Positions 45,709 through 56,501 are shown, counted from the first letter of the stretch. The stretch is DNA of 64,000 bases from an uncultured delta proteobacterium (GCA_963760795.1 CAVXEP010000025.1:64001-128000), one strand, 5' to 3'. The notes: generated by a model not told the origin, from the sequence alone. Numbers and translations are program-made.

Positions 45709-46956
45709 GCCTTGAGCGGTCTCGCCGCCGCGCGCTTGCCGTTGCTGATACAACAGCACCGCGGCGGCAATCGCGCAAACCGCGCCGGCAATGGTAATCG
45801 CCCGCGGCGTACCGATCAGATGGGCGACACTGCCGATAAACAGCGTGCCGAAGGACCATAACCCCTTATCCATGAAAAACAGACTGAGCATGCGGCCGAG
45901 ATACTGCGGCGGCGTTTCCATTTGCACGATGGAGTTGGCGACGGCGCGAAAAGCGATATTGCTGGCGCCGACCAGAATGAGAAAGAACATGGACAGATAC
46001 ATCGAGCGGGAAAAGGAAAAAAGCATCAGCGAAACCGAGAACGCCAACACCGCCATGGCGACGAAATGAAGACGTCGGCGCAATCGGCCGAGGGAGGCGA
46101 TCCCTAGGCCGGCGAGGACCGCGCCGATGCCCGGCGCCGCGAGCAACAAACCGAACGTCGTCGGCCCGGCATGGAGCACGTCGGTGGCGAACACGGGTAA
46201 AAAACGCGCATAGGGCGTGCCGACCAGCGCGATGCCATAGGTCAGGAGAATCAGCGAGAACAGCCGCCGGTCGCTGCGGAGAAACCGATAGCCTTGAGAC
46301 ACTTCCTGCCAGAATGGAGTTTCGTCATTCACCTTGGCACTCCCTGCAGGAATTTCCATCACCACTAAGGTGACGATGATTGCGAAAAAACTGATGGCAT
46401 TGACCAGCAAGCAGCCGGCGATGCCGATCACGCCGATCAGCACACCACCCAAAGACGGGCCGATGATCTTCGCCAAGTTCGCCAGCGATGAATTGAGCGC
46501 GATGGCGTTCATCAAATCCGCGCGCGGGACGATGTTGTTGATCAGCGAATGACGCGCCGTCTGGTTGAGCGAATTGACCATGCCGAGGAACAGCACCAGC
46601 ACCAGCACATGCCAGAACTCGACCCAAGCGAATTGCACCAAGAACCAGAAAACCATCGCCTGCACCATGGCTAAGAATTGTGTGCACAACAGCAGCCGGC
46701 GTCGTTCGACACGGTCGACGATGGCGCCGCCGATGGCGCCTAAGAGTAAGCGCGGCAGCGCCTGGGCGAAGCCGACGACGCCGAGTAGAAACGGCGACTT
46801 GGTCATCTGCCAGACCAGCCAGCTTTGCGCCATCGCCTGGATGAAATCGCCGACATGGGACAGGCTGGTGCCGCAGAAGAGCAAGCGGAAGTTGTGATGT
46901 TTGAGCGAGCTAAGCGTGATTGCGAGTTGCGTCGACCCTCGTTGCCAGAGGGCCAT
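45688..46956 (-). CDS. MFS transporter
   Basis: GGAIVDRVERRR motif A, NAIALNS, GRMLS; about 12 TM. Confidence 0.9.
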   Translation of the reverse strand: MALWQRGSTQLAITLSSLKHHNFRLLFCGTSLSHVGDFIQAMAQSWLVWQMTKSPFLLGVVGFAQALPRLLLGAIGGAIVDRVERRRLLLCTQFLAMVQAMVFWFLVQFAWVEFWHVLVLVLFLGMVNSLNQTARHSLINNIVPRADLMNAIALNSSLANLAKIIGPSLGGVLIGVIGIAGCLLVNAISFFAIIVTLVVMEIPAGSAKVNDETPFWQEVSQGYRFLRSDRRLFSLILLTYGIALVGTPYARFLPVFATDVLHAGPTTFGLLLAAPGIGAVLAGLGIASLGRLRRRLHFVAMAVLAFSVSLMLFSFSRSMYLSMFFLILVGASNIAFRAVANSIVQMETPPQYLGRMLSLFFMDKGLWSFGTLFIGSVAHLIGTPRAITIAGAVCAIAAAVLLYQQRQARGGETAQGLDQRVA

Positions 46957-48785
46957 TATTCGACCGTGACGCTCTTGGCGAGATTGCGCGGTTGATCGAC
47001 ATCCTTACCGCCCAGCACAGCGATGTAATAGGCTAGCAATTGCAGCGGGATCGTCATCACGATGGGCGTAAGATAGTGTGAGGCTTTGGGCAGCGTCAAG
47101 ACCCGAAATGCGGGAATCTCCGCGGCGGTTTTGCTATCGTCGGTTAGGACGATGATTTTGCCGCCGCGCGACTCGACTTCTTTTAAATTACTAATGGTTT
47201 TGTCGAAGTAACGATCCCGCGGCGCCAGCACCACCACCGGCAGCTTTTCGTCGATCAAGGCGATCGGCCCATGCTTCATCTCGCCCGCCGGATAACCTTC
47301 GGCATGGATGTAGGAAATCTCTTTCAGTTTAAGCGCCCCCTCCAGTGCGATGGGATAATTGATGCCGCGGCCGAGATAGAGAAAGTCACGGCTGTGGAGC
47401 AGTTCGCGGGCCAACACTTTGACTTCAGCTTCGAGCTTCAAGGCTTCTTCGATCCAGGTCGGCAGATGCATCAGATCGCGCAGCAATTTACGCGCGTCGG
47501 CTGATTTGAGCTTGCCGTTCATCCGGCCAAGCGCGATGGCGAGCAGGTAGAGCGCGGTCAATTGGGTGGTAAACGCTTTGGTACTGGCGACACTGATCTC
47601 AGGGCCGGCGTGGGTATAAAGGACACCATGTGATTTGCGTGGGATGGATGAATCGATGACGTTGCAGATCGACAGAATTTTCGCTTTCTTGGCGCGGGCA
47701 ATATCGGTGGCCGCCAAGGTATCCGCGGTCTCGCCGGACTGGCTCACCATCAGCAAGATCGATTTAGGGTCCATCAACGGCGAGCGATAGCGAAACTCCG
47801 AACCGTAATCCACCTCGGCGGGAATGCCGGCGATCTCTTCAAGCAAAAACTTGCCGACCAGACAGGCATGCCAAGCAGTGCCGCAAGCGACCAAGTGTAT
47901 CCGTTTGATCTGTTTCACCGCGCTGGCTTTGAGCTTGATATCTTCCAGCGCCACATTGCCGTCTTTGAGTGCGATGCGGCCGCGAAAGGTATCGGCCAAA
48001 GCGCGCGGCTGGTCATGGATCTCCTTGAGCATGAAATGCGGGTAGCCGCCTTTTTGCGCCGCGATGGCATCCCAAGTGATCTGTTTCACCGGCCGCTTAA
48101 CCGGCTTCCCCTTGCCGTCAAATAGACGAAAGCCAGCGACGGTCACTTCACCGATCTCGCCGTCTTCGAGAAACGCCACTTTACGAGTGTAGTCGAGCAA
48201 GGCGGGAATATCGGAAGCGATAAACATCTCGCCATCGCCCGCGCCGATCACGATGGGCGTGGAATTTTTGGCGACGATCATGCGCGTCGGATCGCGCCGG
48301 TTGAGAAACAACAACGCATAAGAACCGTGAATTTCCCGCAGCGTGCGCTGCACCGCGGCGAGAAAATCGACGCCGCGGGCAACCTTCTCGGCGACCAGAT
48401 GGGCAACGATCTCGGAGTCGGTTTCCGAGCTAAAATGGGTGCCGCGCTTGATCAATTGCTGCTTCAACTCGAGATAATTCTCGATGATGCCGTTGTGCAC
48501 GACCACGATATCGCCGGCGCTGTGCGGGTGGGCATTGTTCTCCGACGGCCGGCCATGGGTTGCCCAACGGGTGTGGCCGATGCCGATCGTTCCGGTCATC
48601 GGCTGGCGCTCCAGCGTGGTGGCGAGATTATTGAGCTTGCCCTCAGCCCGGCGCACGGACACCCGGCTGTCATGGAGCACGGCGATGCCCGCCGAGTCAT
48701 AACCGCGGTATTCGAGCTTGCGTAAGCTTTTGAGAATCAGGGGTGCTGCGTCTCTTTTCCCAATGTAGCCGACGATGCCGCACAT
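46956..48785 (-). CDS. glmS: Glutamine-fructose-6-phosphate transaminase
   Basis: MCGIVG, LEYRGYDSAG, GHTRWATHG, SQSGET, PRNLAKSVTVE. Confidence 0.98.
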   Translation of the reverse strand: MCGIVGYIGKRDAAPLILKSLRKLEYRGYDSAGIAVLHDSRVSVRRAEGKLNNLATTLERQPMTGTIGIGHTRWATHGRPSENNAHPHSAGDIVVVHNGIIENYLELKQQLIKRGTHFSSETDSEIVAHLVAEKVARGVDFLAAVQRTLREIHGSYALLFLNRRDPTRMIVAKNSTPIVIGAGDGEMFIASDIPALLDYTRKVAFLEDGEIGEVTVAGFRLFDGKGKPVKRPVKQITWDAIAAQKGGYPHFMLKEIHDQPRALADTFRGRIALKDGNVALEDIKLKASAVKQIKRIHLVACGTAWHACLVGKFLLEEIAGIPAEVDYGSEFRYRSPLMDPKSILLMVSQSGETADTLAATDIARAKKAKILSICNVIDSSIPRKSHGVLYTHAGPEISVASTKAFTTQLTALYLLAIALGRMNGKLKSADARKLLRDLMHLPTWIEEALKLEAEVKVLARELLHSRDFLYLGRGINYPIALEGALKLKEISYIHAEGYPAGEMKHGPIALIDEKLPVVVLAPRDRYFDKTISNLKEVESRGGKIIVLTDDSKTAAEIPAFRVLTLPKASHYLTPIVMTIPLQLLAYYIAVLGGKDVDQPRNLAKSVTVE

Positions 48786-50179
48786 TATTTGGTTTTTCCT
48801 TTCATCTGCTGGCGCTTCTGCTCGGTCCAGCCCGCGCGGATTTTTTCTTCGCGCTGGTTGTAGACCAGCGCACCGGCCGGAACATTTTTGCGCACCGTAC
48901 TGGCGGTGGCGATATAGACATCGTCGCCGAGCGTGATCGGCGCCACCAGCGTGGTATCGCTGCCGACCTGAACGCGGTCGCCGATCTTGGTTTGGTATTT
49001 TTGAAAGCCGTCGTAGTTACAGGTGATCGTACCCGCGCCGATGTTGGAGTCCTGGCCGATGGTGACGTCGCCCAAATATGTTAAATGGTTCGCCTTGGTG
49101 CCGTCGCCGATATGCGCCGCCTTGGCCTCGACGAAATTGCCGATATGAACATTGCGACCGAGCTCAGTGCCCGGACGCAGTTGCGCAAACGGACCGACGA
49201 TCGCGCCGCCGCCGACCCGGCAAGCGGTGAGCATGACGGAGAACTTAAGCTGCACGTCGTCAGCGATCTCAACGTCGGTAAGAAATGCCGTGCCGTCGAT
49301 CTGGCAACGCTCACCGATAATAGTCTTGCCGCGCAATTGAGTGTTGGGACCGATCACGGTGTCTTTGCCGATGGTCACACCCGCGTCAATATAAGTCGTG
49401 TCCGGATCTTTTAACGTCACGCCAGCGAGCATCCACTGGCGATTAATGCTCTCACGCAAGCTCTTTTCCATAAAAGCGAGCTCCTCTCGCGTATTCACGC
49501 CCATCATCTCGCGGGCATCGGCCACTTGCACGGTTTCGATGGTTTTCCCCTGAGCTAATCCAATGGCGACAATATCCGGCAAATAATATTCACCTTGCCG
49601 ATTGTCGTTTTTAACTGCGCCCAGGGCAGCAAATAGAAACGCCGTAGACGCGACATAGACGCCGGCATTCACTTCATGAATCTGCCGTTGACCATCGCTG
49701 GCGTCTTTCTCTTCGACGATACCTGTGACTTTGCCGGAAGCATCGCGCAAGACCCGGCCGTAACCGTGGGGCCGGTCGAGCGCCGCCGTGAGCAATGTCA
49801 CCGCGGCTTGCCGGCCGCGATGCTGCGCAACCATGGCGCGCAACGTTTCTTCTTTGATCAACGGCACATCGCCGCTCAGAATCAGCACTTCACCGGCAAA
49901 GCCGTCAAAGACATCCTTGGCACAGAGTACGGCGTGGCCGGTTCCCAGCTGTTTTTCTTGAATCGCCCAAGCGACCGCAACACCATCATAAGCGTGGCGT
50001 ACCGCCTCGGCGCCATGACCGATGACAATCGCGACACGCGCCGGCAAAAGCCGCTGCGCCATGGCCAGAGCATGGAGAAAGAGCGGCCGTCCAGCAATCG
50101 GATGGAGCACCTTGGGCAGAGCGGATTTCATCCGCGTACCCTGTCCAGCCGCCAAAAGAATGACACCAAGTTCCTGCAT
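48785..50179 (-). CDS. glmU: Bifunctional UDP-GlcNAc pyrophosphorylase/acetyltransferase
   Basis: LAAGQGTRMKS..PKVLH, QLGTGHA, GNFVE.K, GAGTITCNYDG. Confidence 0.97.
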   Translation of the reverse strand: MQELGVILLAAGQGTRMKSALPKVLHPIAGRPLFLHALAMAQRLLPARVAIVIGHGAEAVRHAYDGVAVAWAIQEKQLGTGHAVLCAKDVFDGFAGEVLILSGDVPLIKEETLRAMVAQHRGRQAAVTLLTAALDRPHGYGRVLRDASGKVTGIVEEKDASDGQRQIHEVNAGVYVASTAFLFAALGAVKNDNRQGEYYLPDIVAIGLAQGKTIETVQVADAREMMGVNTREELAFMEKSLRESINRQWMLAGVTLKDPDTTYIDAGVTIGKDTVIGPNTQLRGKTIIGERCQIDGTAFLTDVEIADDVQLKFSVMLTACRVGGGAIVGPFAQLRPGTELGRNVHIGNFVEAKAAHIGDGTKANHLTYLGDVTIGQDSNIGAGTITCNYDGFQKYQTKIGDRVQVGSDTTLVAPITLGDDVYIATASTVRKNVPAGALVYNQREEKIRAGWTEQKRQQMKGKTK

Positions 50180-50231
50180 ATTCCTCACAGCCAAATCACG
50201 AGCTTGAATTATAAGGTAACTAGCGAGTCAA

Positions 50232-51434
50232 TCAAAGCAGAGAATGTGGTTTGTTGGCGGCTTTCGGCAAGATCCACGACACCAAGCCACAGGCGAGCGC
50301 GCTGGCCGCCACGGCAATGGGCACCGGCATGAGCGCCGCCATACTGCCGATGCCGATGGCGCCGAGCGAACCGAAACCGCGGTCGAGGAAAAACAAACTC
50401 ATGGCGCGGCCCATCATATGATCGGGACATTCCTCTTGAATGATCGCCCGAGCGAGCACGCGATAGCTCATCTGCATGGAGCCGACAATTGCTAGAAGGA
50501 TGATCGAAAGAAAGTAAAAGGGTGACAGCGCGAATAGAAATATCGCGACGGCGTAAATTAAACTGGCGCCGACCAACAGACGGCGCATGTCGCGCAGCCG
50601 CGCGTGGGTCGAAAGAAAAAAGCTAATCAGCACCGCGCCGACGCCAGGTGCCGATACGAGCACACCGTAACCCGCCGGCCCCACATGCAAAACCTCCTGG
50701 GCGAAATAGGGCAGAAACTGCGCATAGGAAATGCCGAAAAAACCATTGGAGTAGGTCGTCAAGATGGTCGAAAACACTCGACGATTCTCACGCAGGTAAG
50801 AAATTCCCTCGATGATGTCTTTGAGCCAATCGCCTTTCGCCGGATTCGCCGGTTCGGCCGCCGATTGCATGCGCCACAGGGTAAATAACATGCCGACTAC
50901 GGTAAGGGCTTGGATTAAAATACAGGGCCCCGGGCCGATCACCGTCAAAAGCACCCCGCCGATCGAGGGCCCGATCACTTTAGTCAAGTTATGGGTCGCT
51001 GAGCTAAGCGCCAATGCGCTGACGACACCTTCCTGCGGCACCAGATTGACGATGACCACCTGTTGCGCCGCCGTGCTAAATGAACTGACGATCGCCATGA
51101 ACACGACCAAAACGACGATGTGCCAAAACCGCAGCTGGGCGGTGAAAATCAGCGCTGCAAAAATCAGGCTGTGAATTAAATTCGCGATGCGGCTTATCTT
51201 GAGCAGCTTTAGGCGATCCATGCGGTCGGCGACGACACCGCCGATGGGACCGAAAACAAAACGCGGCGCGAACTCGCAGAATCCCAAAAGACCCAGAGCG
51301 AAGGCCGACCGGGTGAGTTCCCAGGCAAGCCAATTTTGCACGACAAAATGAATATACTCGCCGGTCTCCGCCGGTAGGTAACCGATCGTAAACAGGCGAA
51401 AGTCGCGGTAACGCAGTGCCGGCGGTAATCTCAC
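50232..51434 (-). CDS. MFS transporter
   Basis: GGVVADRMDRLK, MGRAMS; same family as 45688-46956. Confidence 0.9.
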   Translation of the reverse strand: MRLPPALRYRDFRLFTIGYLPAETGEYIHFVVQNWLAWELTRSAFALGLLGFCEFAPRFVFGPIGGVVADRMDRLKLLKISRIANLIHSLIFAALIFTAQLRFWHIVVLVVFMAIVSSFSTAAQQVVIVNLVPQEGVVSALALSSATHNLTKVIGPSIGGVLLTVIGPGPCILIQALTVVGMLFTLWRMQSAAEPANPAKGDWLKDIIEGISYLRENRRVFSTILTTYSNGFFGISYAQFLPYFAQEVLHVGPAGYGVLVSAPGVGAVLISFFLSTHARLRDMRRLLVGASLIYAVAIFLFALSPFYFLSIILLAIVGSMQMSYRVLARAIIQEECPDHMMGRAMSLFFLDRGFGSLGAIGIGSMAALMPVPIAVAASALACGLVSWILPKAANKPHSLL

Positions 51435-51849
51435 GCTGTGAAGGGAATCCTTGAAGAAAACATGCAGTGAAAACTATATTCTCAGCTCGCCGCGAAGTCC
51501 ACTTGGGTTAGCCCAGATGTCGCAGTTCACACATCAGCGCCCGCGAGAGAGGCGCGATCCTGGAGTCGTGAAGCCAGCCAACGCTACGACGACAAAGTCG
51601 CTTTCCCGGCGTCGCTCACGGTTCTATAGAAATTATAGATTTATCGTGTGGCACCGCTGAACCTTATGCTCTCGGGGGCAGACACCCATTGGCTTTATAA
51701 CGGAAGGATTGCGCCGGTCTCGGCGACTCGAACCTGGACAGCGGACTCCAGTATATTCCTTGCGAGTTATCCTTGTCAGTGCCGCAGATTTCAATTACAA
51801 AATATTACGGGTCTGCTAATTCGTTGAACGCTATGCAGTCGGAGGTCTA

Positions 51850-52014
51850 TTGGAAAATCGACCGGCGGCGCCGCTTGCCCAGCAAGATTTAGAAAATAAC
51901 TGGTGGGACTACTGCCCGATTTGCAGTTCCAAGCTCAACAATCAAAAATGCAAATATGTCTGCCCCAACCCGAAATGCAATTTCTTCATGAGCTGCAGCG
52001 AATTCGATCGTTAG
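51850..52014 (+). CDS. 54-aa Cys-rich zinc-finger microprotein (below ORF-track cutoff)
   Basis: GGAGG at 51841, TTG start; MENRPAAPLAQQDLENNWWDYCPICSSKLNNQKCKYVCPNPKCNFFMSCSEFDR. Confidence 0.75.
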   Translation: MENRPAAPLAQQDLENNWWDYCPICSSKLNNQKCKYVCPNPKCNFFMSCSEFDR

Positions 52015-52073
52015 CGGCGTAGCGGCGCGAACCTCTGGCGCTCGTCGCCGCATTGCGGTAAAAGACAAAAACT

Positions 52074-52802
52074 ATGGCGAAAACCGCTGGCATCGTCATC
52101 ATCGGCAACGAGGTCCTGTCGGGCAAGACCCAGGACATCAACTCGCATTTTTTCTGCACCGAACTGCGCCAGTTGGGCGTCGAGGTCCAGAAGATCTCCA
52201 CCATCCAGGACGAAATCCCGCTGATCGGCAAGGAAGTCGCCGAATTTTCCCAACGCTTTGACTTCGTTTTTACCTCGGGCGGCATCGGCCCGACCCATGA
52301 CGATGTCACCATCGAAGGCATCGCCCATGGCTTCGGCGTCACTGTCGTGCGCCATCCCGACATCGAAGCGCGCATGCGCCGGCGCCTTGGCGCCGACTTG
52401 AACGAGGCGCGCCTGCGCATGGCCAACGTCCCAGAAGGCGCTAAGCTCTTATGCGCCGATGCGCCGTTTGCGCCCATCATACTGATGCGCAATGTCTATG
52501 TTTTTCCGGGTATCCCAAAGATTCTCCAGGAGCGCTTTCACAGCATCAAAGAACAGTTTCGCGAAGCGCCCTACTATCTCAAGAACGTTTACGTGCGCCA
52601 CGGCGAAGGTATTATCGCCACCATGCTCAACGATCTATTGGTCAAATATCCCGAGCTCATGTTGGGCTCCTATCCGGTGCTCGATCTCCCCGACTACAAA
52701 GTGAAAGTGACGCTGGAGTCGAAAGACCAGAAGTATTTGACCCAGGCGTTGGCAGCCTTCGTCGCCTCCCTGCCCAAAGACGGCGTCTACCGTATCGATT
52801 AG
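52074..52802 (+). CDS. Molybdopterin-binding domain protein (CinA N-terminal/FAD hydrolase-like)
   Basis: IIGNEVLSGKTQDIN, TSGGIGPTHDDVT, MANVPEG, PGIP. Confidence 0.88.
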   Translation: MAKTAGIVIIGNEVLSGKTQDINSHFFCTELRQLGVEVQKISTIQDEIPLIGKEVAEFSQRFDFVFTSGGIGPTHDDVTIEGIAHGFGVTVVRHPDIEARMRRRLGADLNEARLRMANVPEGAKLLCADAPFAPIILMRNVYVFPGIPKILQERFHSIKEQFREAPYYLKNVYVRHGEGIIATMLNDLLVKYPELMLGSYPVLDLPDYKVKVTLESKDQKYLTQALAAFVASLPKDGVYRID

Positions 52803-52810
52803 CGACCAGC

Positions 52811-54250
52811 ATGGCGGAAAATCCTTCCTGGGGCGTGCTGCCGCCATTTAAGCGGGCGCCGCTACCGCCGATGCCGGGGATGCTCCGCGCCTTGGGACCC
52901 GGCGTGATTTTCATGGCGTTGGCCCAGGGCAGCGGCGAGCTGATATTCTGGCCTTACACTATTGCCAAGTACGGTCTAACGTTTTTGTTCTTGCTGATTC
53001 CCGCCTGTTTGCTGCAATTTCCCGTGATCTACGAGATCGGCCGCTACACCTTGCTCACCGGCGAGAGCATTTTTCAGGGCTTCATTCGGTTGAATCGAAC
53101 TTTCGCTTTTTTTCTCTGGATACTGATGACGCTATCGTTTCTTTGGTTCGGCGCCTTCGCCGCCGCCGGCGGCACATCGATCGCTGCTCTCACCGATTTC
53201 CCCAACGGCTGGAGCCGGCGCGAGCAGACGTTATTCTGGGCCTATGCCACCATGGCGCTATTTCTCATTGCGATCCTGCTCAGCAAGGTAATTTACCACC
53301 TGATCGAAACCTTCATGTGGGCTGTGGCGCTTTTCACCTTGATCGGGCTCATCTGGGCCAGCGCCAACGCTGAAGTGCTGCGCGCGCTGCCGGCATTCGT
53401 AAAAGGGTTGGTCATCCCCGAGTGGCCGATGCCGCGCCCTTGGGACTCAGCCGATGCAACGAAATTGCTAACCGCCATCACGTTCGCCGGGCTTGGCGGT
53501 TTTTGGACTCTCTTTTATTCATATTGGCTACGCGACAAAGGCGCAGGCATGGCCCACTACGCCGGACGACTCACCGGACCGATCACCGGCAAACCGGAAG
53601 CGATTCCGGAATCAGGCTCGCTGCCGGGCAACGACGAAGGGCTAGCCCATGTCAAGCGCTGGCACCGCTTCATGTTTTGGGACATCGGCATCGGCGTGAT
53701 CGGTAACATGATCACCACACTGCTCACCTGCCTGCTCGCCTACGCGCTACTATTTCCCAAAGGATTACTGCCCCAAGGCTACGAGATCGCCGTGGTGCAA
53801 AGCCGCTTCTTCGAAGTGAGCTGGGGCGGTTGGGGCAGGATATTATTTTTAATCGTCGCGGCGGCGTTTCTGTCCGACACCTGGCTCGCTACAGTGGACG
53901 CCGTCAGCCGCACCCATGCCGATTGCGTCTACGGCTTTTTTCCGCGCAGTCATCGCATCCCCTATCGCAAGTGGTATCTATTCTTTTTGCTGCTGCTCAC
54001 CTTGATCACCGGCGTCACCGTGCAGATGAACGAGCCCGGTACACTGATCTTGATTTCCGCGGTCATCGGATTCGTCGGCACGGTGATCTATTCAGTCGCG
54101 CTGATTTTTCTCAATCACGTCTACCTGCCGCGCCACCTGCCCAGTGCCGCCAAACCGGGGAAGCTGAATTTTTTTTTCATGCTCATCTCCTGCACCGCCT
54201 ATTTTGTCCTCGCGATGCTCTATCTCCTTACGGTGCTAAAAATCATCTGA
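52811..54250 (+). CDS. Nramp-like family membrane transporter
   Basis: LGPG..MALAQGSGELIFWP, EIGRYTL.TGE; many TM; start MAENPSW at 52811. Confidence 0.8.
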   Translation: MAENPSWGVLPPFKRAPLPPMPGMLRALGPGVIFMALAQGSGELIFWPYTIAKYGLTFLFLLIPACLLQFPVIYEIGRYTLLTGESIFQGFIRLNRTFAFFLWILMTLSFLWFGAFAAAGGTSIAALTDFPNGWSRREQTLFWAYATMALFLIAILLSKVIYHLIETFMWAVALFTLIGLIWASANAEVLRALPAFVKGLVIPEWPMPRPWDSADATKLLTAITFAGLGGFWTLFYSYWLRDKGAGMAHYAGRLTGPITGKPEAIPESGSLPGNDEGLAHVKRWHRFMFWDIGIGVIGNMITTLLTCLLAYALLFPKGLLPQGYEIAVVQSRFFEVSWGGWGRILFLIVAAAFLSDTWLATVDAVSRTHADCVYGFFPRSHRIPYRKWYLFFLLLLTLITGVTVQMNEPGTLILISAVIGFVGTVIYSVALIFLNHVYLPRHLPSAAKPGKLNFFFMLISCTAYFVLAMLYLLTVLKII

Positions 54251-54347
54251 TGGCCATGAATTTTGCTGTGCTATCTCCATTCTCAATTTAATGGCATTAC
54301 CGCCGCCAGGCTGGTACCATAGTCGAAATTTAGCTGGAGAAATCACC

Positions 54348-54998
54348 TTGACTGAAATCATGAATTGGATCATGGACTCCATCCGCGCCTACGGGGCTTG
54401 GAGCGTATTTGCCGGCGTTATTATCGAATCGGTAATCGTCCCCATCCCGTCGCCGCTGATCATCATGGGCGCGGGCTTTATTTTGATCAGCGCCGATCTG
54501 AAATTCTTCGAAGCCCTGATGCCGATCTTGTTGCAGATCGTCCTGCCGGGCGCCATCGCCTCGACAGTTGGCGCTTACATCGGCTACGCCATCGGCTACT
54601 ACGGCGGCAAGCCGATAGTCGACCGCTGGGAGAGGTTGTTGGGATTTAGTTGGAAAGATGTCGAATCCTTGGAAAAACGCTTTCGCGATGGCCAGGTGAA
54701 CACGACGATTTTTTTTCTCCGCGCGCTGCCGGTTTTCCCGCTTTCCGTGATTTCCGCGGCGGCGGGCCTACTGCGTCTGCCGCTAAATCACTTTAGCCTA
54801 TGGACTTTTTACGGCACGATTCCCCGCTGCCTGCTGCTTGGCTACCTCGGTTGGGGTCTGGGCGAAACCTATCAAGGCATCGCCAAAGGCATCGATAAAG
54901 CGGAAGGGATTGTTTCAGGAATTCTCGTCCTGGCCATTATGGGGGTTATCGTCTGGCTGCGCGCCCGCGTGCGCGGCAAGATTCTCGATAACGGCTGA
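54348..54998 (+). CDS. DedA/VTT family membrane protein
   Basis: ESVIVPIPSPLI..GAGF, YAIGYYGG, FLRALP..ISAAAG; start uncertain. Confidence 0.85.
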   Translation: MTEIMNWIMDSIRAYGAWSVFAGVIIESVIVPIPSPLIIMGAGFILISADLKFFEALMPILLQIVLPGAIASTVGAYIGYAIGYYGGKPIVDRWERLLGFSWKDVESLEKRFRDGQVNTTIFFLRALPVFPLSVISAAAGLLRLPLNHFSLWTFYGTIPRCLLLGYLGWGLGETYQGIAKGIDKAEGIVSGILVLAIMGVIVWLRARVRGKILDNG

Positions 54999-55023
54999 AC
55001 CGACGACCCTCGGGATAATCGCC

Positions 55024-55734
55024 CTAGAACCAGTGTTGCTCCGAGCCGATTTCCCAGCCGAGCAAAAGTCCGAACGCGACACTGGCGAAGCCCGCAACCA
55101 CGCGTATCCAACGGTTCACCGCCGAGAAGCGTTGCGCCGTGAGAATAAACGGCAAGCTGATGATGCCGCTCAAAAGCAACATCCCACCAACGGAACCGAG
55201 ACCGAAAATCGCGATATAAGCGAGGCCGGCCAATGGCGAGGTGATCGTGCCGAGCACGAGCAACATCAACGCCGCGCTGCCGGCCAGGCCATGCACCATG
55301 CCGACGAAAAACGGCCGGCGCATCGCTTTGAAAGGATGGTTGTGGCCATGGTCCTGCTGCGGCTTTTCGTGGACGTGAAAATGAGTGTGGGTTTCAGGAT
55401 TATGCGTATGGGTGTGCAAATGAACTTGCGCCGGGCCAAAGGTGCGACGCAGGACGTTCAGTCCGAGCACCACCAGCATAATCGCCACGAGAAACTCTAA
55501 ACCGGCCGCAACTGGCTGGGAAATCGTCAGCCGCAGACCGATCACCAGCAGGCCGACGAGAAACAACGTCGTGGTGTGGCCCAAGCCCCAAAAGGCGCCA
55601 ATCAACGACGCCCACTTGAAGTTCTTATGCTCGCTGACGATCGTCGACACCGCGATCAAATGATCCGGATCGAGTGCGTGCTGAATGCCCAGCACGAGTC
55701 CCAAACCGAAGGCGGCAAATAGCGAAGTTTCCAT
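55024..55734 (-). CDS. UreH/NiCoT-like nickel transporter
   Basis: HALDPDHL, WGLGHT, His-rich HLHTHTH..HTHFH, GMVHGLAGSA. Confidence 0.88.
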   Translation of the reverse strand: METSLFAAFGLGLVLGIQHALDPDHLIAVSTIVSEHKNFKWASLIGAFWGLGHTTTLFLVGLLVIGLRLTISQPVAAGLEFLVAIMLVVLGLNVLRRTFGPAQVHLHTHTHNPETHTHFHVHEKPQQDHGHNHPFKAMRRPFFVGMVHGLAGSAALMLLVLGTITSPLAGLAYIAIFGLGSVGGMLLLSGIISLPFILTAQRFSAVNRWIRVVAGFASVAFGLLLGWEIGSEQHWF

Positions 55735-55820
55735 GATGTGGAAAATGGACAGAGACACGAGACAGAGAGCACAGCCTCCCCCCACCCCTCGATCTGACTC
55801 TCTATTATTATTTCAATTCT

Positions 55821-56249
55821 CTATCTCTGCAGAGGTTGGCCGGTCTGCGTGCCGATCCACACTTCACCGCCTTCGAAAACTTCTTTCTTCCAAATCGGCA
55901 CGGTCTTTTTGATCTCTTCAATGGCGAAGCGGCTGGCGGCAAACGCCGCCTCCCGGTGCGCCGACGACACGGCGATGATCACGCTCGCCTCGCCGATCTG
56001 CACCGGACCCAATCGGTGGACGATCGCCATGCGGCGGATCTGCCATTTTTGTGCCGCCTCGGCGCCGATGCGCGCCAGTTCTTTCTCCGCCATCTCAGGA
56101 TAGGCTTCGTAGTCCAGCGCGATCACGTTTCGCCCTTCGTTGTTGTTGCGCGTAGTGCCGATAAACGTCGCGATGGCGCCAGCCTCGGCATCGGTGACAT
56201 ACTGCACCAGTTCGTTTAGGTCGATGGAAAAGTTTTGTACACGAAACAT
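55821..56249 (-). CDS. moaE: Molybdopterin synthase catalytic subunit
   Basis: GAIATFIG..R, LDYEAYPEMA, HRLG, SAHR, PIWKKE. Confidence 0.95.
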   Translation of the reverse strand: MFRVQNFSIDLNELVQYVTDAEAGAIATFIGTTRNNNEGRNVIALDYEAYPEMAEKELARIGAEAAQKWQIRRMAIVHRLGPVQIGEASVIIAVSSAHREAAFAASRFAIEEIKKTVPIWKKEVFEGGEVWIGTQTGQPLQR

Positions 56250-56255
56250 AAAATC

Positions 56256-56501
56256 TCAGCCTCCACTCACCGGCGGGAGAAATACCACTTCGTCGCCGTC
56301 GCGGAGTTTCTCGTCTAAGTGGACGTAATTCTGGTTAACGGCATAGAGCAGCCGAATCCCCGGCACATCGAGCTTGGGATAGGTTTTTTGTAACCCGTGC
56401 CAGAGCTCGCCCACAGTGGCGCCTTCGCTGAGTTCCTGAATAACTTCCGCGGTTCCGGCGCGCTCGCGCAGGATGGCGAACAACTTAACGCGAACTTTCA
56501 T
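56256..56501 (-). CDS. moaD: Molybdopterin synthase sulfur carrier
   Basis: VKLFA.LRE..G, AVNQ, PPVSGG C-terminus. Confidence 0.95.
   Translation of the reverse strand: MKVRVKLFAILRERAGTAEVIQELSEGATVGELWHGLQKTYPKLDVPGIRLLYAVNQNYVHLDEKLRDGDEVVFLPPVSGG

Noticed and set aside
51480-51780. Possible tRNA/tmRNA/6S (minus-strand GGTTCGAGTC)
   Set aside because: No cloverleaf, acceptor stem, CCA or tag reading frame could be built
52451-52810. N-terminal 120 aa of the 599-aa ORF
   Set aside because: Overlaps the upstream gene out of frame; real start is likely ATG 52811
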